Source: Octopus bimaculoides (Eukaryota). From it: DNA of 64,000 nucleotides. Location of the stretch: the NCBI RefSeq assembly GCF_001194135.2, contig NC_068990.1, positions 55,551,651 through 55,615,650 on the forward strand, read 5' to 3'. This document shows, in pieces, positions 26,795 to 39,893 of this stretch (position 1 is the stretch's first letter; each line of letters begins with the position of its first letter). The position numbers were made by a program, and so were the translations under genes. The notes under the pieces were generated by a model. It ran no database searches. It saw only the letters and a list, made by a program, of their open reading frames with translations, and was not told where the DNA came from.

Positions 26795-27090
26795 GGGGCG
26801 CATGACCTAGTAATCAGGGTGTTGCACTCACGATCGCGAGATCGTGGTTTCAGTTCCTAGACCGGGAGGTGCGTTGTATTCTTGAGCAAAGCACTTCATC
26901 TCACGTTACTCTCTGGTCACTTCGACACTTGACGCGTGATACACTGCGCATTAGTTCAGACAACGTCGATTTGATGGAGGGAGTGAGCTAATCTACAGCA
27001 CGTGCATTTAATCACTATAAACAAATCATGTGTGCAGGTCGTTCGGCAAAAGCTGAACACTCATAAATCCACTTCGACGGGAGAGGCCAT
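26794..27090 (+). mobile_element. tRNA-derived SINE with V-like centre
   Basis: GGGGCGCATGACCTAGTAATCAGGG..TTTCAGTTCC..GTATTCTTGAGCAAAGCACTT, ending in (CAT)n. Confidence 0.7.
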
Positions 27091-27120
27091 CATCATCGTC
27101 ATCATCATCATCATCATCAT

Positions 27121-28139
27121 TGAAGACATCGCAGAGTATCCAATATCATGATGCTGTAGATTGAAGATATTGCGTCTACCGGGAGTTTGTACTCTCTGTC
27201 AAGTCACAATAAGGACCTCTGACAGACAGTACTTTACACAATATGCGTGCAGTTCCAAGTAATGCTGATTTTTGCAATACACCTAGATTGTAGGGTACTT
27301 CTAAAGTTTCCAGTTGTTTCTTCAGGTTGGGTGGTATTGAACCAAATACTCCAATAACAACAGGGACAGCCTTTATGTTTGACTCACGTAGCTGTCACAT
27401 CTTGGTGATCTCAATTCTCAGGTCTCCATATATATCAACCTTTCCTCTTTCTTTCATGATATGTTGAACCCCTGGCACTGCCACGTCAATTATTAGACAC
27501 TCTTGTTTGTTCCTCCTAAAGGTTACTATATCCGGCCTTCCGTGCTCTAATACCTTCTCTATCTGGAAGTCAAAGTCCCAGAAGATCTCTGCCTTCCCCT
27601 TTTCGTCCATTACCTTTTCCGGTGTGTGTTGGTACTACCAAGCACACGTTACCTCGTATCCATTACTTCTGGCATAGTAGCCAGTGAAGGTTTTGGGCTA
27701 CCTCGTCGTGCCTGCGCTTGTACTCTTTCTGCGCAAGACTTTCACAAGCACTAACAACATGAGTCACGCTTTCGACCTTCTTCCCACTCATTATGCAGAT
27801 GTTCGTTGCACTTGTGTGGTATATATCCCTTTTCACTGAGCTGGTATTCAATGCTTGATCCTGGGCAGCGATGATTTGGCTTTCAATCTTCTTTTTAAGG
27901 TCGCCGTTGCTGAACCACTTCCATGATGCTTCCTAATCTTTTAATTTGTTAGTTTCACGGTGGAACTGACCATGTAATTCCATGCAGAATAGAATTTCTT
28001 CTCTCTTGTTGGCTATTCGTGATCGGAATTCATTAACACTCTCAAGTCTATTGATGGTAAATCCTTCTGCATTAGCAGCATATTGTAGCAGCTCTTGTTT
28101 GCTGTTTACCAAATACTCTGCCATGTTTCTTCTTTCAAT
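27121..28139 (-). mobile_element. 5'-truncated R4/Dong-type LINE (third subfamily)
   Basis: LHGQFHRE..IIAAQDQALNT..ESVTHVVSACESLAQKEYKRRHD..IFWDFDFQ..GRPDIV..CLIIDVAVP..QKSALLGTARIL. Bounded by (CAT)n and (ATT)n. Confidence 0.9.
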
Positions 28140-28155
28140 CATTATTATTATTATT

Positions 28156-28240
28156 GAGTTATATAGAGAGCAGCACATGCCATCAAAGTGACACTGGATA
28201 CAAATATACCAAGCTCAATATACCTATCATCACAACCATA
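28156..28240 (-). mobile_element. short deleted remnant of the (AAT)n-associated element
   Basis: GAG..AGAGAGCAGCACATGCCATCAAAGTGACACTGG matches the end seen at 63542 and 41304; abuts (ATT)n. Confidence 0.65.
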
Positions 28241-28251
28241 TATGCACGAGA

Positions 28252-28460
28252 CTGCGAGTTGGCTTGCCGGGCAAAATGTTTAGCGGCATTTCGTCCGACT
28301 TTAGATTCCGAGTTCAAATGCCACCGAGGTCGACTTTGTCATTTATCCTTTTGTGGTCGATAAAATAAGTACCAGTTGAGCACTGGGGTTAATTTAATCG
28401 ACTTGGCCCCGCCTTCAAAACTGCTGGCCTTGTGCCAAAGTTTCAAACCATTAGTATTAT
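28252..28460 (+). mobile_element. family M SINE
   Basis: CCGGGCAAAATGTTTAGCGGCATTTCG..GAGTTCAAATG..GGTCGATAAAATAAGTACCAG..GGCCTTGTGCCAAAG. Confidence 0.85.
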
Positions 28461-28853
28461 TATCGTTATTGTAATTATTGTTGTTATTAATGAAAATATA
28501 GATTAATAAGTATTCACATTTAATGCGACATCGGATTAACGAACCTGGATTTTTCAGATGTGTGTGTGTGTTGTGTGTATTATCTGTCTGTTGTATATCT
28601 GTGTGATTATAGGTGCACGCACGCAAACACGTTCAAAGATAAGTGGATATAATTGAGAATATGAATACATCCCCAGATGTATACATACACATACATGCTT
28701 GCAAACAAACATCCGTTACATGTAGAATTACATACACATGAAAATATAAATCCACACATACATTCACACACATGCACATACACACATATAGCAAGGCATA
28801 AAGTCATAATGTGTTCATACATACATACGTACATACATACATACATACATACA

Positions 28854-28884
<31 letters not shown>

Positions 28885-30341
28885 GACTTATATAAGTATA
28901 TATGACACATAAATCCACACATATATATGCATACAAACACAAACGCATATTTTATACCTATTTATAAAAAAAAACCATTATTGTTTTTATCATCATCATC
29001 ATCATCATCACCACCACCACCACCACCACCATCAACATCATCATCATCATCATCATCATCATCATTATTATCCTGTTTATGATGTGTTTGTTTATAATTT
29101 GATCACATGCATTCTATAAATGATCTTTGTAAGTAGTTGTGACGGGACTTAGGTATGTGCTAAAATAAAATCCATAATTCTGCAGTCAGAACTTTCTCTC
29201 CCTCTCCCCCTCTCTCAGTTCACCCACTCGCTACCTCTCCCCCTACTCTCCCCCTACTCTCCCTCCCTCCCCCACTCTCTCTCTCCCTCTCCCCTCTCTT
29301 TCCGTCTCCCTTTCTCCCTCTTTTTCTATCACACAACCTTAATTACTCAATGCGGATAGTGTTCAGACGTGATCAATGTTAATAATTACTGACAAATTAA
29401 AAAAGAAAAAAAAAGAAGACATAAATTAAAAGAAAATCAAAACAAAACGAAGAAAAAAACAAAACACAACGTTAATCTGACATTGGTATTTATGAATAAG
29501 ATGATGATAATGGTAATGCTGATGATGACGACCATAGTGATGATGGCGGTGGTGGCGACGGCGATAACTGAAAACTAACTTCACGCGATCGTTTAGGCGG
29601 ACAGACGCGGAGGAGGTGCGGAGGGGACGGAGAGTGTCTGTGTGTGAGGGGTGGTGGTGCTAGCCGGTGTGTTGTTGGTATAGGTAGGTGTGGAGGGATG
29701 TGATACTATAAATACTTAACAGGATTAGGGGACCTTCACAAGCTCTCTCTTTCTCCACCCCTCTCTCTCTTCCTCTGCATATATTAAAAACAGGAACAAC
29801 ACCAAAGTTATTTTGTGTTCTTTGCTACATTGGTTTCTATTAACCCATTTATTCTATCCGAAGAATTATTATTCATTAAGATAGAAGAAATACATATAAT
29901 TAAATATATATATATATATATATATATATACGTAAATGTCGAACGATAAAATGAGTGCTCAACACTGCATTGGTGGTTGTATAATTTTTTTTTATTTGTG
30001 AATTAAGGCTACCATTGGTTTCATGCTTAAAAAAAGTGGAAAAATATCATAGTGTCTCAACAATTTTNNNNNNNNNNNNNNNNNNNNNNNNNNNNNNNNN
30101 NNNNNNNNNNNNNNNNNNNNNNNNNNNNNNNNNNNNNNNNNNNNNNNNNNNNNNNNNNNNNNNNNNNNNNNNNNNNNNNNNNNNNNNNNNNNNNNNNNNN
30201 NNNNNNNNNNNNNNNNNNNNNNNNNNNNNNNNNNNNNNNNNNNNNNNNNNNNNNNNNNNNNNNNNNNNNNNNNNNNNNNNNNNNNNNNNNNNNNNNNNNN
30301 NNNNNNNNNNNNNNNNNNNNNNNNNNNNNNNNNNNNNNNNN

Positions 30342-30393
<52 letters not shown>

Positions 30394-30395
<2 letters not shown>

Positions 30396-30553
30396 CGGTT
30401 TTCTTTCTGCTTCTATCTATCAAATCCTCTCACAAGGCTTTGGTCGGCCCACGGCTATAGTAGAAGACTCTTGCCCAAGGTGTCACACAGTGGGACTGAA
30501 CCAGGAACCATGCGATTGGGAAGCAAGCTCCTTGTCACACAGCCAAGCCTGTG
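30394..30553 (-). mobile_element. family C (CORE-like) SINE, 5' part
   Basis: ACAAGGCTTTGGTCGGCCC..CTATAGTAGAAGACTCTTGCCCAAGGTG..CACACAGCC. Confidence 0.85.
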
Positions 30554-30559
30554 CATATA

Positions 30560-30735
30560 TATATGAGCAGAACTTACTTGCAGGTATTGGTAGTGCAAAT
30601 CAGAGGTGCAATCTGTGTGGGTGTTTTTTCAAAACACTGTCTGGTTTAAAAAGCCACATCAGACGCCATGAAAGGGCTAAGGTGTAGGTGCAGGAGGTGG
30701 TCAAACTCTGTTTAAGGAGTAGACAACCACCATAT
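30560..30735 (+). mobile_element. 3' terminus of an RTE-clade LINE (C-terminal C2H2 finger plus short 3' UTR)
   Basis: CNLCGCFFKTLSGLKSHIRRH then stop, a short UTR and a (TA)n tail. A single terminal C2H2 finger is typical of RTE/BovB-like ORFs. Confidence 0.65.
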
Positions 30736-32544
30736 ATATATANNNNNNNNNNNNNNNNNNNNNNNNNNNNNNNNNNNNNNNNNNNNNNNNNNNNNNNNNN
30801 NNNNNNNNNNNNNNNNNNNNNNNNNNNNNNNNNNNNNNNNNNNNNNNNNNNNNNNNNNNNNNNNNNNNNNNNNNNNNNNNNNNNNNNNNNNNNNNNNNNN
30901 NNNNNNNNNNNNNNNNNNNNNNNNNNNNNNNNNNNNNNNNNNNNNNNNNNNNNNGACCCTTCCGATTCTTTTGATTTTTTCAGCGGATTCTTATGTTTTC
31001 AATGACGGAGATTCCGAATATGCAAAAACCATGTTTTCAAAATTTTAAATTCCTCCCTCCCACCAAATTTTAAATTTCTAACCTTTTTTCAAATTTTTTT
31101 TTTCAATCTACGTGTAAAAAAATACGGAGATTAAGAATATAGGAAAAACAATTTTTAATTTCAAATTTTCATTTAAGAACTCCAAAACTGATCCATACAC
31201 CCCTCGCCACCCCATCCCGTTGTCTAAAACTGAAAATGAACTGCTAAAAATAACAGCTAAATGTCTGGAAATTTTCTGTTTGTGTGCGCGCGCATGCGGA
31301 ACAGCTTCTACAGTTTATGCGAATGAACAGAGAAAGTAAACAAAAATATATTTTACATACATGTGTTTTAATATGTTGTATACGTCAGTTTTGTTTTTCG
31401 CTTTAAAGGTAAACGATTCTGATAGAAGCAAACACGATATTGAATAATTCTCCGTCATATGTCTACGACCCCACCTCTTTTTTTTTTAAAGTAAAGGTAA
31501 ACGCTTTTTAATTGTGATAATGAAACAAGGGGTTTAGTCCTTACCGTCAAAATGAATTTCTCTTGCAAAAGAGAGGGTGCCATTTTCTGTCTTTAGAAGA
31601 GAGAATATTTCGTTACCAAAAATGTTAAAACTTTATTAACTTCATTTTAAATTTCATTTGATTTTTAATTTCATTTGATACACACTTTCCTATTATTTAT
31701 ATGGAGAATTACAAACATGGTGTATAAAGATAACTTATTTTAATAGAATTTTTGTGAGTACATTTCCGTAAATGTTTTTCTTGCGTACTACCCTCCGCCC
31801 CAGACATATACGCACGCAGATACACATGGACGAAGTCCCATTTTGGAAGTATATTAAAGTTTTTATTATTTTGGAATGAAGAACATAAATATAGGTGCTG
31901 AGCCAGTGACAAAACTTGTTTCACTTTATTCTTTTACTTTTAATTCTAATGTGATAACATTAAGATCATCTTATTTTACACATTTACTGTTCAATTACCA
32001 GTTAATAATTATCGCAGTATTTGCAAGGTTGCAAGGTATTTATAGTTACATATTAACCCTTAAATTAGCATTTAATACATGTGCTTAATATATATATTAA
32101 GAGATTTATCTATAATAATTATTGTGACATTTACCATTAAACTAGCAGTTCGTACATGTGCTTTTATTTGGTTAATTTGCTTATATTTGGTTCATTTACA
32201 CTGCATACAAAAATAAAGACATACAAATGCTTACAAAAATAGAGGTTAATGTATAATTTTTTAAAGCTCACCTTTATTTATATTTAATATGTTTAAAAGT
32301 GTGTAAATTTTGAATGCTGTTTATAAGTTTATAATTTTTGTCAGTTTTTAAAAAAAATTGCTCAATTTCATTGAAACAGATAGTTCATTCTGGAAACTGT
32401 ATGGTGTGGTGTAGTATTGTTAGTTTTTGTGTTGGTCGAGGAAATGTTAAAATCAAAAGATTTCTCGCCGTAAACATCCTATCATTTTGTTAAGCATATT
32501 GTATCAAAGAGTATATTATCCTGAATGTATCTCTCCTTTATAGT

Positions 32545-32662
32545 AGTGGCTGTGTGTTTGAGAAGCTTGCTTTCCAACCATGTCGCCTTGGGTTCACTTC
32601 CACGGTGCGACACGTTGGGCAATACTCTTTCATTACAGCTCCGTGCCGACCAAAGCCTTGCG
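32545..32662 (+). mobile_element. diverged family C SINE fragment
   Basis: GTGGCTGTGTGTTTGAGAAGCTTGCTTTCCAACCATG..CCGACCAAAGCCTTG. Confidence 0.7.
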
Positions 32663-33249
32663 TATTATATGATTGCCATTACTGTATTGATATATAACAT
32701 AACACATGCAACTCACTTATTATTGTCATATATATATCTAATATTCTTTGTCTGTCTGTCTGTTCCTAATGCATTTTGAAATGGCTCCACCAAATCAAAT
32801 CAAATTTCATAAGGTAATAGTATCACACCTCACGAGTGTCAAAATGTAATTTCTTTCATTTCCATTAAAACAATATAACCTTTTATACAGATAATCTTTC
32901 TATAGTCAAATATAGTACAGGATACTTTATACTACGACAACAACAACAACGTCACATTTTGTATATGAGTGTGTATGTGTCTGTCAGTCTATGAGAGTGA
33001 GTGTATGAGTGTGCATGTGTCTGTCAGTGTGTTTGTTTCTGCGTTCGACGACAACGTTACATTTTGTGTATGAATGTCTATGTGTGTGTGAGTGTATGAA
33101 TGCGCATGTGTCTACGTGTATGTGTGTTTCTGCGTTAGGTACGTTATTCAGCATACACACACATCTACACGTACACATACATAGGTGACGACTGACATGC
33201 ATGAATGCATATCTGTGTCTCTCTTCCTCTATAGTATTACACCCCACGA

Positions 33250-33930
33250 CTGTTAACATGCAATTTTCGGTGGTTCTCAGGGCTCTGCTATGAAAGTCGT
33301 CAATTCTCTTTGTCAGAGTTTTTGAGAGGGGCCATATTTCTGCTCCACAGAGGAGAAGGAAGAGGACCGATGCGTTGTAGATGCAGAGCTTCGTCTTCCG
33401 GGATATAGATCCTTGGAGTCAGAGGGCCTTCCATAAGGAGTACATGATCCCAGCGGCCAAACCACACCTGCGGTTGATCTCCGGGATCAAGTATCCATTG
33501 TAAGTGACTGTGGAGCCCAGGTAGATGAAGGAGCTGACAAACTTCTCCCTCACCCAACTGTCTCAATCGATTCCAGCCTAACCACCACTGCAGACACAGC
33601 TACAACCAACGACACTTGAGGACTCGATCCTATCACCTCCGATGAAGTCAGTGTCGCTCTGAAGAAGCTCGACAACCGCAGAACCACTGGAAATTGCACT
33701 ATCACCGTGGAGATGTTGAAAGCGGGCAGAGAAAACATGATCCAGTGGTTCACTCACAGCATCAACCTTGTATAGGTATCAGAACGACTCCCAAATGACT
33801 GGACTCGTCTGCAGCAACCACAAGGGCTTTTCACCAGGATCCTCCTTAACCGCGTTCTTCCTGCCATTAGAAGCAGACACCGACGTCCATAACAAGATGG
33901 ATTCATATTGGGGTTGCTGGTCGACGTTTT
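33250..33930. mobile_element. RTE LINE reverse-transcriptase fragments in opposite orientations
   Basis: Minus 33250-33570: FVSSFIYLGSTVT..INRRCGLAAG..RKTKLCIYNASV. Plus 33580-33930: PITSDEVSVALKKL..ITVEMLKAG..LPNDW..FTRILLNRV..QDGF. Confidence 0.8.
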
Positions 33931-34517
33931 TTTAAAATATCTTTTCAGAGTTAATTCATTCGACGTTCTATTGATGTCAACTAGACTTAACTTCTTTGTC
34001 AAGAGAAAAATGTTTTCTTCCGATCTCATGATTGAATGTTAGGAAATAGATTTCTGCCAAGAAACTGTAGGAATGTGTAATTGTTTCCAGCTTCAAAACT
34101 ATTATGGAAACCAAAACTATTATGGAAACCTTTGAAATACAGTGTATCGCAATGTCACATCGAAAGACAGATGCACGTAATATTGTGATCGTATCATACA
34201 CTCCTCCTCCTCTCCTCCTCTTCTTCTTCTTCTTCTTCTTCTTCTTCTTCTTCTTCTTCTTCTTCCCCTCTCTCCCTCCTCCTCCTCCCCTCCCTTCCTC
34301 CTCCCCTCCCTTCCTCNNNNNNNNNNNNNNNNNNNNNNNNNNNNNNNNNNNNNNNNNNNNNNNNNNNNNNNNNNNNNNNNNNNNNNNNNNNNNNNNNNNN
34401 NNNNNNNNNNNNNNNNNNNNNNNNNNNNNNNNNNNNNNNNNNNNNNNNNNNNNNNNNNNNNNNNNNNNNNNNNNNNNNNNNNNNNNNNNNNNNNNNNNNN
34501 NNNNNNNNNNCCTCCTC

Positions 34518-34550
<33 letters not shown>

Positions 34551-35100
34551 GAAGGGAGCACAATCAAAATAGCTCGACGAATAGATATCAGTAACTACTA
34601 GACTTTAAAAAACTGATTAACTAAAACACTTTATGGCGGTGCTCCATCATGATTGCAGTCGAAAGGGTGAAACGTGTGTGTGTGTATGTGTATGTTTGTG
34701 TGTGTCTGTGTGCGTGTGTGCGTGTGTGTGTATGGGTGTGTGTGTATGTGCGCGTATAGTTTTTACTAAGTATATCGGCAGAGGCTATAAACATTGGCAA
34801 GAATCTGTAAAACCGGTGACATTCCGTTGTCATGCTGGCCGTCAGAAATGCAATGAACCAGTAAATAAGACAAATTGAAAGCCAACAATAGATCAAAAGA
34901 TCTGTGCTAGAAACAGAAACTGTTCTGATTTTAGCCGCACAGGAGCAATGCCAAAACATAAACAGTTACAAAAATAATAATAAAAAAGAAATGAAAGAAT
35001 AAGGTTAGAAAGAGGCTAACATCAAATACACACTAGTCAGTCAGTGTAATGAGACGATTGATCAATTCGGAATGGTTTGTCCGTGTTATACATTTGTCAC

Positions 35101-35396
35101 CGTTTCTCTAGCGTCGTTCTGACCGTGGTCATAGTTGTTGCTGTGTTCGCGATTGTGCTAGTTGTCGAGGTCGTGCTCGTGGACGTATTCGTGCTCGTGT
35201 TCGTGCTTGTGCTCTTACCTGTGCTCTTGTCGTGGCCGTACTCGCGCCCGTGCTCGTGTACGCGTTCGTGATGACGCTCGTGCTGGCGCTCGCGTTCACA
35301 CTCGTGGCCGTACTCGTGCTCGTTGTCGTGGTCGTCCTCGTGGATGACCACGATCACGGTCATGGCCACGACCACGGCCACGACCTTAACCACGAC
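35101..35396. repeat. CpG-rich degenerate hexamer array (GTGCTC/GTCGTG), switching to CACGAC
   Basis: Direct reading. Confidence 0.8.
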
Positions 35397-35494
35397 GGTC
35401 AATTCCGAGTATACCCACAGACACGATAGAGCCGGCTGGGTAGTAAACTTGTTTGTAGATGTGTAAACGTTTAACAAGTAATATCCTTTCTACA

Positions 35495-36990
35495 ACAGGC
35501 ACAAGGCCTGAAATTCAGGAGAAAGGGGCCCAAACGATTACATTCATCTTAGTATTCAACTGGTAATTTCTTATCGATCCTTGAGGATAAAAAGCAGTGT
35601 GGACTGCGGCGGGATTTGAACTCTGAATGTAATGAGCCAGAAGAAAAGAAGTTAAGCATTTTGTTCGGTGTACCAACGATTCTGCCAATTTGCTGCCCTG
35701 AAGATAATATAAGCGTATACTAAACACGGTCAATGACAAAAACCTGGTCACAATCATTTATGAGATGCCTGCCCCGACTGATTAGGAGACATGGTTAACT
35801 GATCAGATGTAATTATCAAAGACTAGAACCCAAATTTCTGTTCGCTGCTAGACATCTCGATCCATTCTGACCAATATATTGGTTTCAAATTTTGGCACAA
35901 GGCCAGCATGTTTGGGGGAGTGGCTAAGTCGATTAAAACGTCCCCAGTATTCGACAAGTACTTGTTTTATCGACCCCGAAAGGATGAAAGACAAAGTTGG
36001 CCCAGCGGAATTAAGACTAGGAACATAAAGACGGACGAAATACTGCTAAGCATTTTACCCGGCGTGCTAACGATTCTGCCAGCTCACCGCTTTCCCTTCT
36101 GACCAAAATATTGTCCGGAAGGAAGTCAAGAAACTGTCAAAGTACAAGGTTCTTGAAATGGAAATAATCCAGGATGGTGTGATGGAGGTAACAGAAATAA
36201 AAAAGTGCTAATGATAATTGGAGAACTCATCCCTTTTATGCTCGTGTGGAGACATTTCAGAGACCTTATGGCATTATTTTTCTCCCGACTTTACGTTGTG
36301 AGTTCAAATTCAGTCAAGGTTGACTTTACTTTTCATTCTTTTGGGATCGATAAAATAAAATAAGTACTAGTTGAGCACTGAGGTCGATTTAACCGACTTA
36401 CCGCCTCCTTTCAAAATTGCTAGCTGTATGCTAAAATTTGTAACAATTATTTGTTCCATTGCCAAGAATTACCAGTTTCAGAGAGAAGAGAATTTAAAAG
36501 TGGTCTTGAAAAAAGCTGCGTAAGTTGGAGGTGTCATTTATTTTCGAGGTTCCACCAACCATAAATAAGATGTTCCAGTTTGGCGTAATCTACAAAAACT
36601 TTTAAAACAAAAATATTTCAATGGTCTTTATCTGTACTTCTTTTTCTCTTTTTACGTTCTTTTAAGTTTTTAGTTTTTATTTTATTTCTTCTACATATTG
36701 GGTATTATATACCTTTCCCAGTCTGTCATGGCTTACCAGATTTACCGGACGTTTGAATTGAATAAATAAATATTGGTTTCAAATTTTGGCACAAGGCTAG
36801 TAATTTCGGAGGAAGTGGGTAAGTCGACCCCAGTGTTCAACTGGTACCTATTTTATTGACCTCAAAAGGATGAAAAGCAAAGTCGACCTCAGTGTAAAGT
36901 CGAACTCGGAACGTAAAGACAGACAAAATATCGCTAGGCACTTTTCTTTTTGCCCGTGCGGCAACAATTCTGCCAGCTCGGCGCCTTATT
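35495..36990. mobile_element. cluster of four family M SINE copies (about 35495-35700 -, 35875-36092 -, 36270-36445 +, 36770-36990 -)
   Basis: Each carries the TCGATAAAATAA.TAC / GTAC.TATTTTAT.GACC core and head or tail consensus. Confidence 0.8.
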
Positions 36991-37424
36991 GATATAATAA
37001 ATATTAAGAACTTTTTACACACTCCAAAGATTAGCTTTACTAAACACAACCAACATCCTCACACAACCAACATCCTCCGTAGGCTACTTTCAATTCAAAC
37101 ACAATTCACATTACTGTGCACTGTACACAACCACACTCTATATAATCACAAACCGATAAAATACACCACATATACGCTACGGAATCACTACCCAAAAATA
37201 TAATACTACTCACATAGAACATACCTGTATGATCATCACCCAATAACTATAGCACGAAAACTCATGCAACTCATATTCGGCACAATTTCTTCGCTATAAT
37301 ATAGTATTGGTATAATATACAAGCACATTTCTACTTCCCAGAATATCATGCTGCGTACACCTCTGGGACATGGAGGTGCACCTGGTATTGCCGTAAAAAC
37401 TAGCATAAACATGTCGAAGACATG

Positions 37425-37468
<44 letters not shown>

Positions 37469-38130
37469 GACGCTTAATGGGGTGATAATAAATGTCGGTT
37501 TATCGAATATATATAAAAGAATATGAGCAGCTGTCTGAATGGTCGGAGAAATATCACCTTCCTAAGAGGCGAGAGAACATTGTAAAAGTGATTTACAACA
37601 CCATTCGTGAAAAAGAACGATACGTGTAATAGAAAAGGAGAACAGTGGAAGGATGTTGCTGTCAAACATCGATAAACTTTAAATATATGAAGCAAGATAT
37701 TGTCTTCTTCAAAAACATATCATAACAATAGAATGTAACAGCTTCGTTGACAAAAATTAAAGTAGTAACACTTTCAGAGAAAGCGAACGTATATTGACAC
37801 TAAACGAGGAAATAAAACATCTTGCATTCAGATTATATTCACTTTAATATTTTATAACTGTATTTCTGGTAGTTGTTTATTCACTTTTAATATATAATCT
37901 TTGAAAAGTTTAGATCCGATACGACAATTTTGGTGTTAGAATACTTCGATCTTTGCTCATGTGTAAATGCGCGTTAAGATTAAGCGAAACAGCAGTGTCG
38001 AAGGGAGATAATTCTTGAGAACAGGTATTTTTTTGTTGTTTGTTTTAATGAAAAAGGAAAAAAATTCGTAAAGAATATGGTACTAAAAATTTAAAAAAAG
38101 GATTGAAGAAATATTCTTCTATATTTTACC

Positions 38131-38365
38131 TTTTACTTGTGTAAGTCATTAGATTGCAGCCATGGTAGGGCACCGTCTTGAAGAACTTTTAGTCGAATGA
38201 ATCGACCCTGAACCGACCCCAGTACTTATTTATATTTAAGCCTGGTACATATTCCAACCTTTGTTTGTTTGCTGAATCGCTAGGTTATGGAGACGTAAAT
38301 ACACCAACACCGGTTGTCAAGCGGTGGTGCTGGCCAAACACAGACACAGAGATACACACATAGAT

Positions 38366-38449
<84 letters not shown>

Positions 38450-38606
38450 GCTTCTTTCAGTTTCCGTCAACCAAATCCACTCACAAGGCTTTCGTCAACC
38501 CGAGGATATAGTAGAAGACATTTGCCCAAGGTACCACACAATGAGACTGAATCCGGAACCATGTGGTTGGGAAGCAAGCTCCTTATCACACAGCCACGCC
38601 TGCGTC
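38131..38606 (-). mobile_element. full-length family C SINE with internal (CA)n
   Basis: Colinear with 45071-45450 and 48113-48518; internal (CA)n at about 38345-38446. Confidence 0.85.
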
Positions 38607-39302
38607 TATTGCATTCGAATCTTGCGCCATAACTTTGGTACTCCATACACATCAACAGAAAGAACGCACATATCACAGTATGTAACGAGTACTTGGGGTA
38701 GGGCTGTGTTAAAACATGAGCACACTGGGAAGTAGTCCAGGGACCTCACTGGTCTAGAGGGCCCAATGTATGTTGATCAATGTATGTTATGGCTTGCTGT
38801 CAATAAATAAATACTATAGGGTCCACAGCATTGATTTGCCCGGGGGCCTAGAGAGCTACTAAGACGACTCTGGCTTGGAGGAGTGTATTAAAAGTAGAAA
38901 AAGTTGTATTGCTTTAAGTATCGACACAAATCAACCAACAAATCTGGAACAGAAATTGAATCTAAAAATAAAAAATAAAAAAAACTCATTGAAGTAATCT
39001 TCATTTTTCGACTTTACAGTTTTATTAGATTTTAACGGAATCCAATATAATGCTTTTAAGGGGTCACTTAGCAGTCAAATTCTTCGAATCACACTTTGTG
39101 ATGTTGAAAAAGCAAAGAACAACTTTATAATACAATTCTAAATACACAAATAGATGGAATAGTCACGATTGGTACGCCTCTGATCATAAGTTTGCTCAGT
39201 CAGCGCCGATCTGGAGCGATACATTAACAGCACAACAAGTGGATGTTGATAAGATTCTCTCGGATACCATAGACAGGGTTGATATAGGATATTGCCGAGA
39301 AG

Positions 39303-39387
<85 letters not shown>

Positions 39388-39893
39388 GTCTCTCTCTTTC
39401 TATCTATCTGTCTACTTATCTACCCCTGTTGTCTCATGAGCCTAAACGTTTGAACATTAAATTCCAAACTAGCAACAAGACTTCTATAGTCTGTTATATT
39501 ACTTTGAAAATATATTAAAAACTTGTAATTTTTGTTAAATATTTTCTTAAATTCCGAAAAACTACATATAACTTCAACGGACTAATGTCCACATGAGAAT
39601 AAAAGTTGTATTTATTTTCATCAACCACGGATACATTAAACGCATTTTCAATGCTACCAGGATTTTAATTAAGAGAAATTTAAGTGTAATGCATTGTGAT
39701 CGCAGTCCACATACTCAGTAAGTTCGGTGACTTGTCTGTTTACGCGAATCAATTCGTTCACTCGCTGGGGTTCGTGTCAGTGGTCGTAGCTGATGATCTC
39801 TTATTGCGTGTTTTGTCTTCCGTACTGGTTTACTTCTACTTAAAACTCCTTCATCGATCTCTGTACATCGATCTCACTAATAATAATAATAAT

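Noticed and set aside
30560-30687. Host C2H2 zinc-finger gene exon
   Set aside because: A single finger without TGEKP linkers, followed by a stop, short UTR and simple-repeat tail; better explained as an RTE LINE terminus.
30955-32500. Large non-autonomous DNA transposon
   Set aside because: AT-rich and MITE-like in feel, but no matching TIR pair or TSD found; the left end lies in a gap.
35097-35477. His/Glu-rich metal-binding protein CDS
   Set aside because: Low-complexity hexamer repeat open in several frames; no start or splice support. Kept only as a repeat and a low-level finding.
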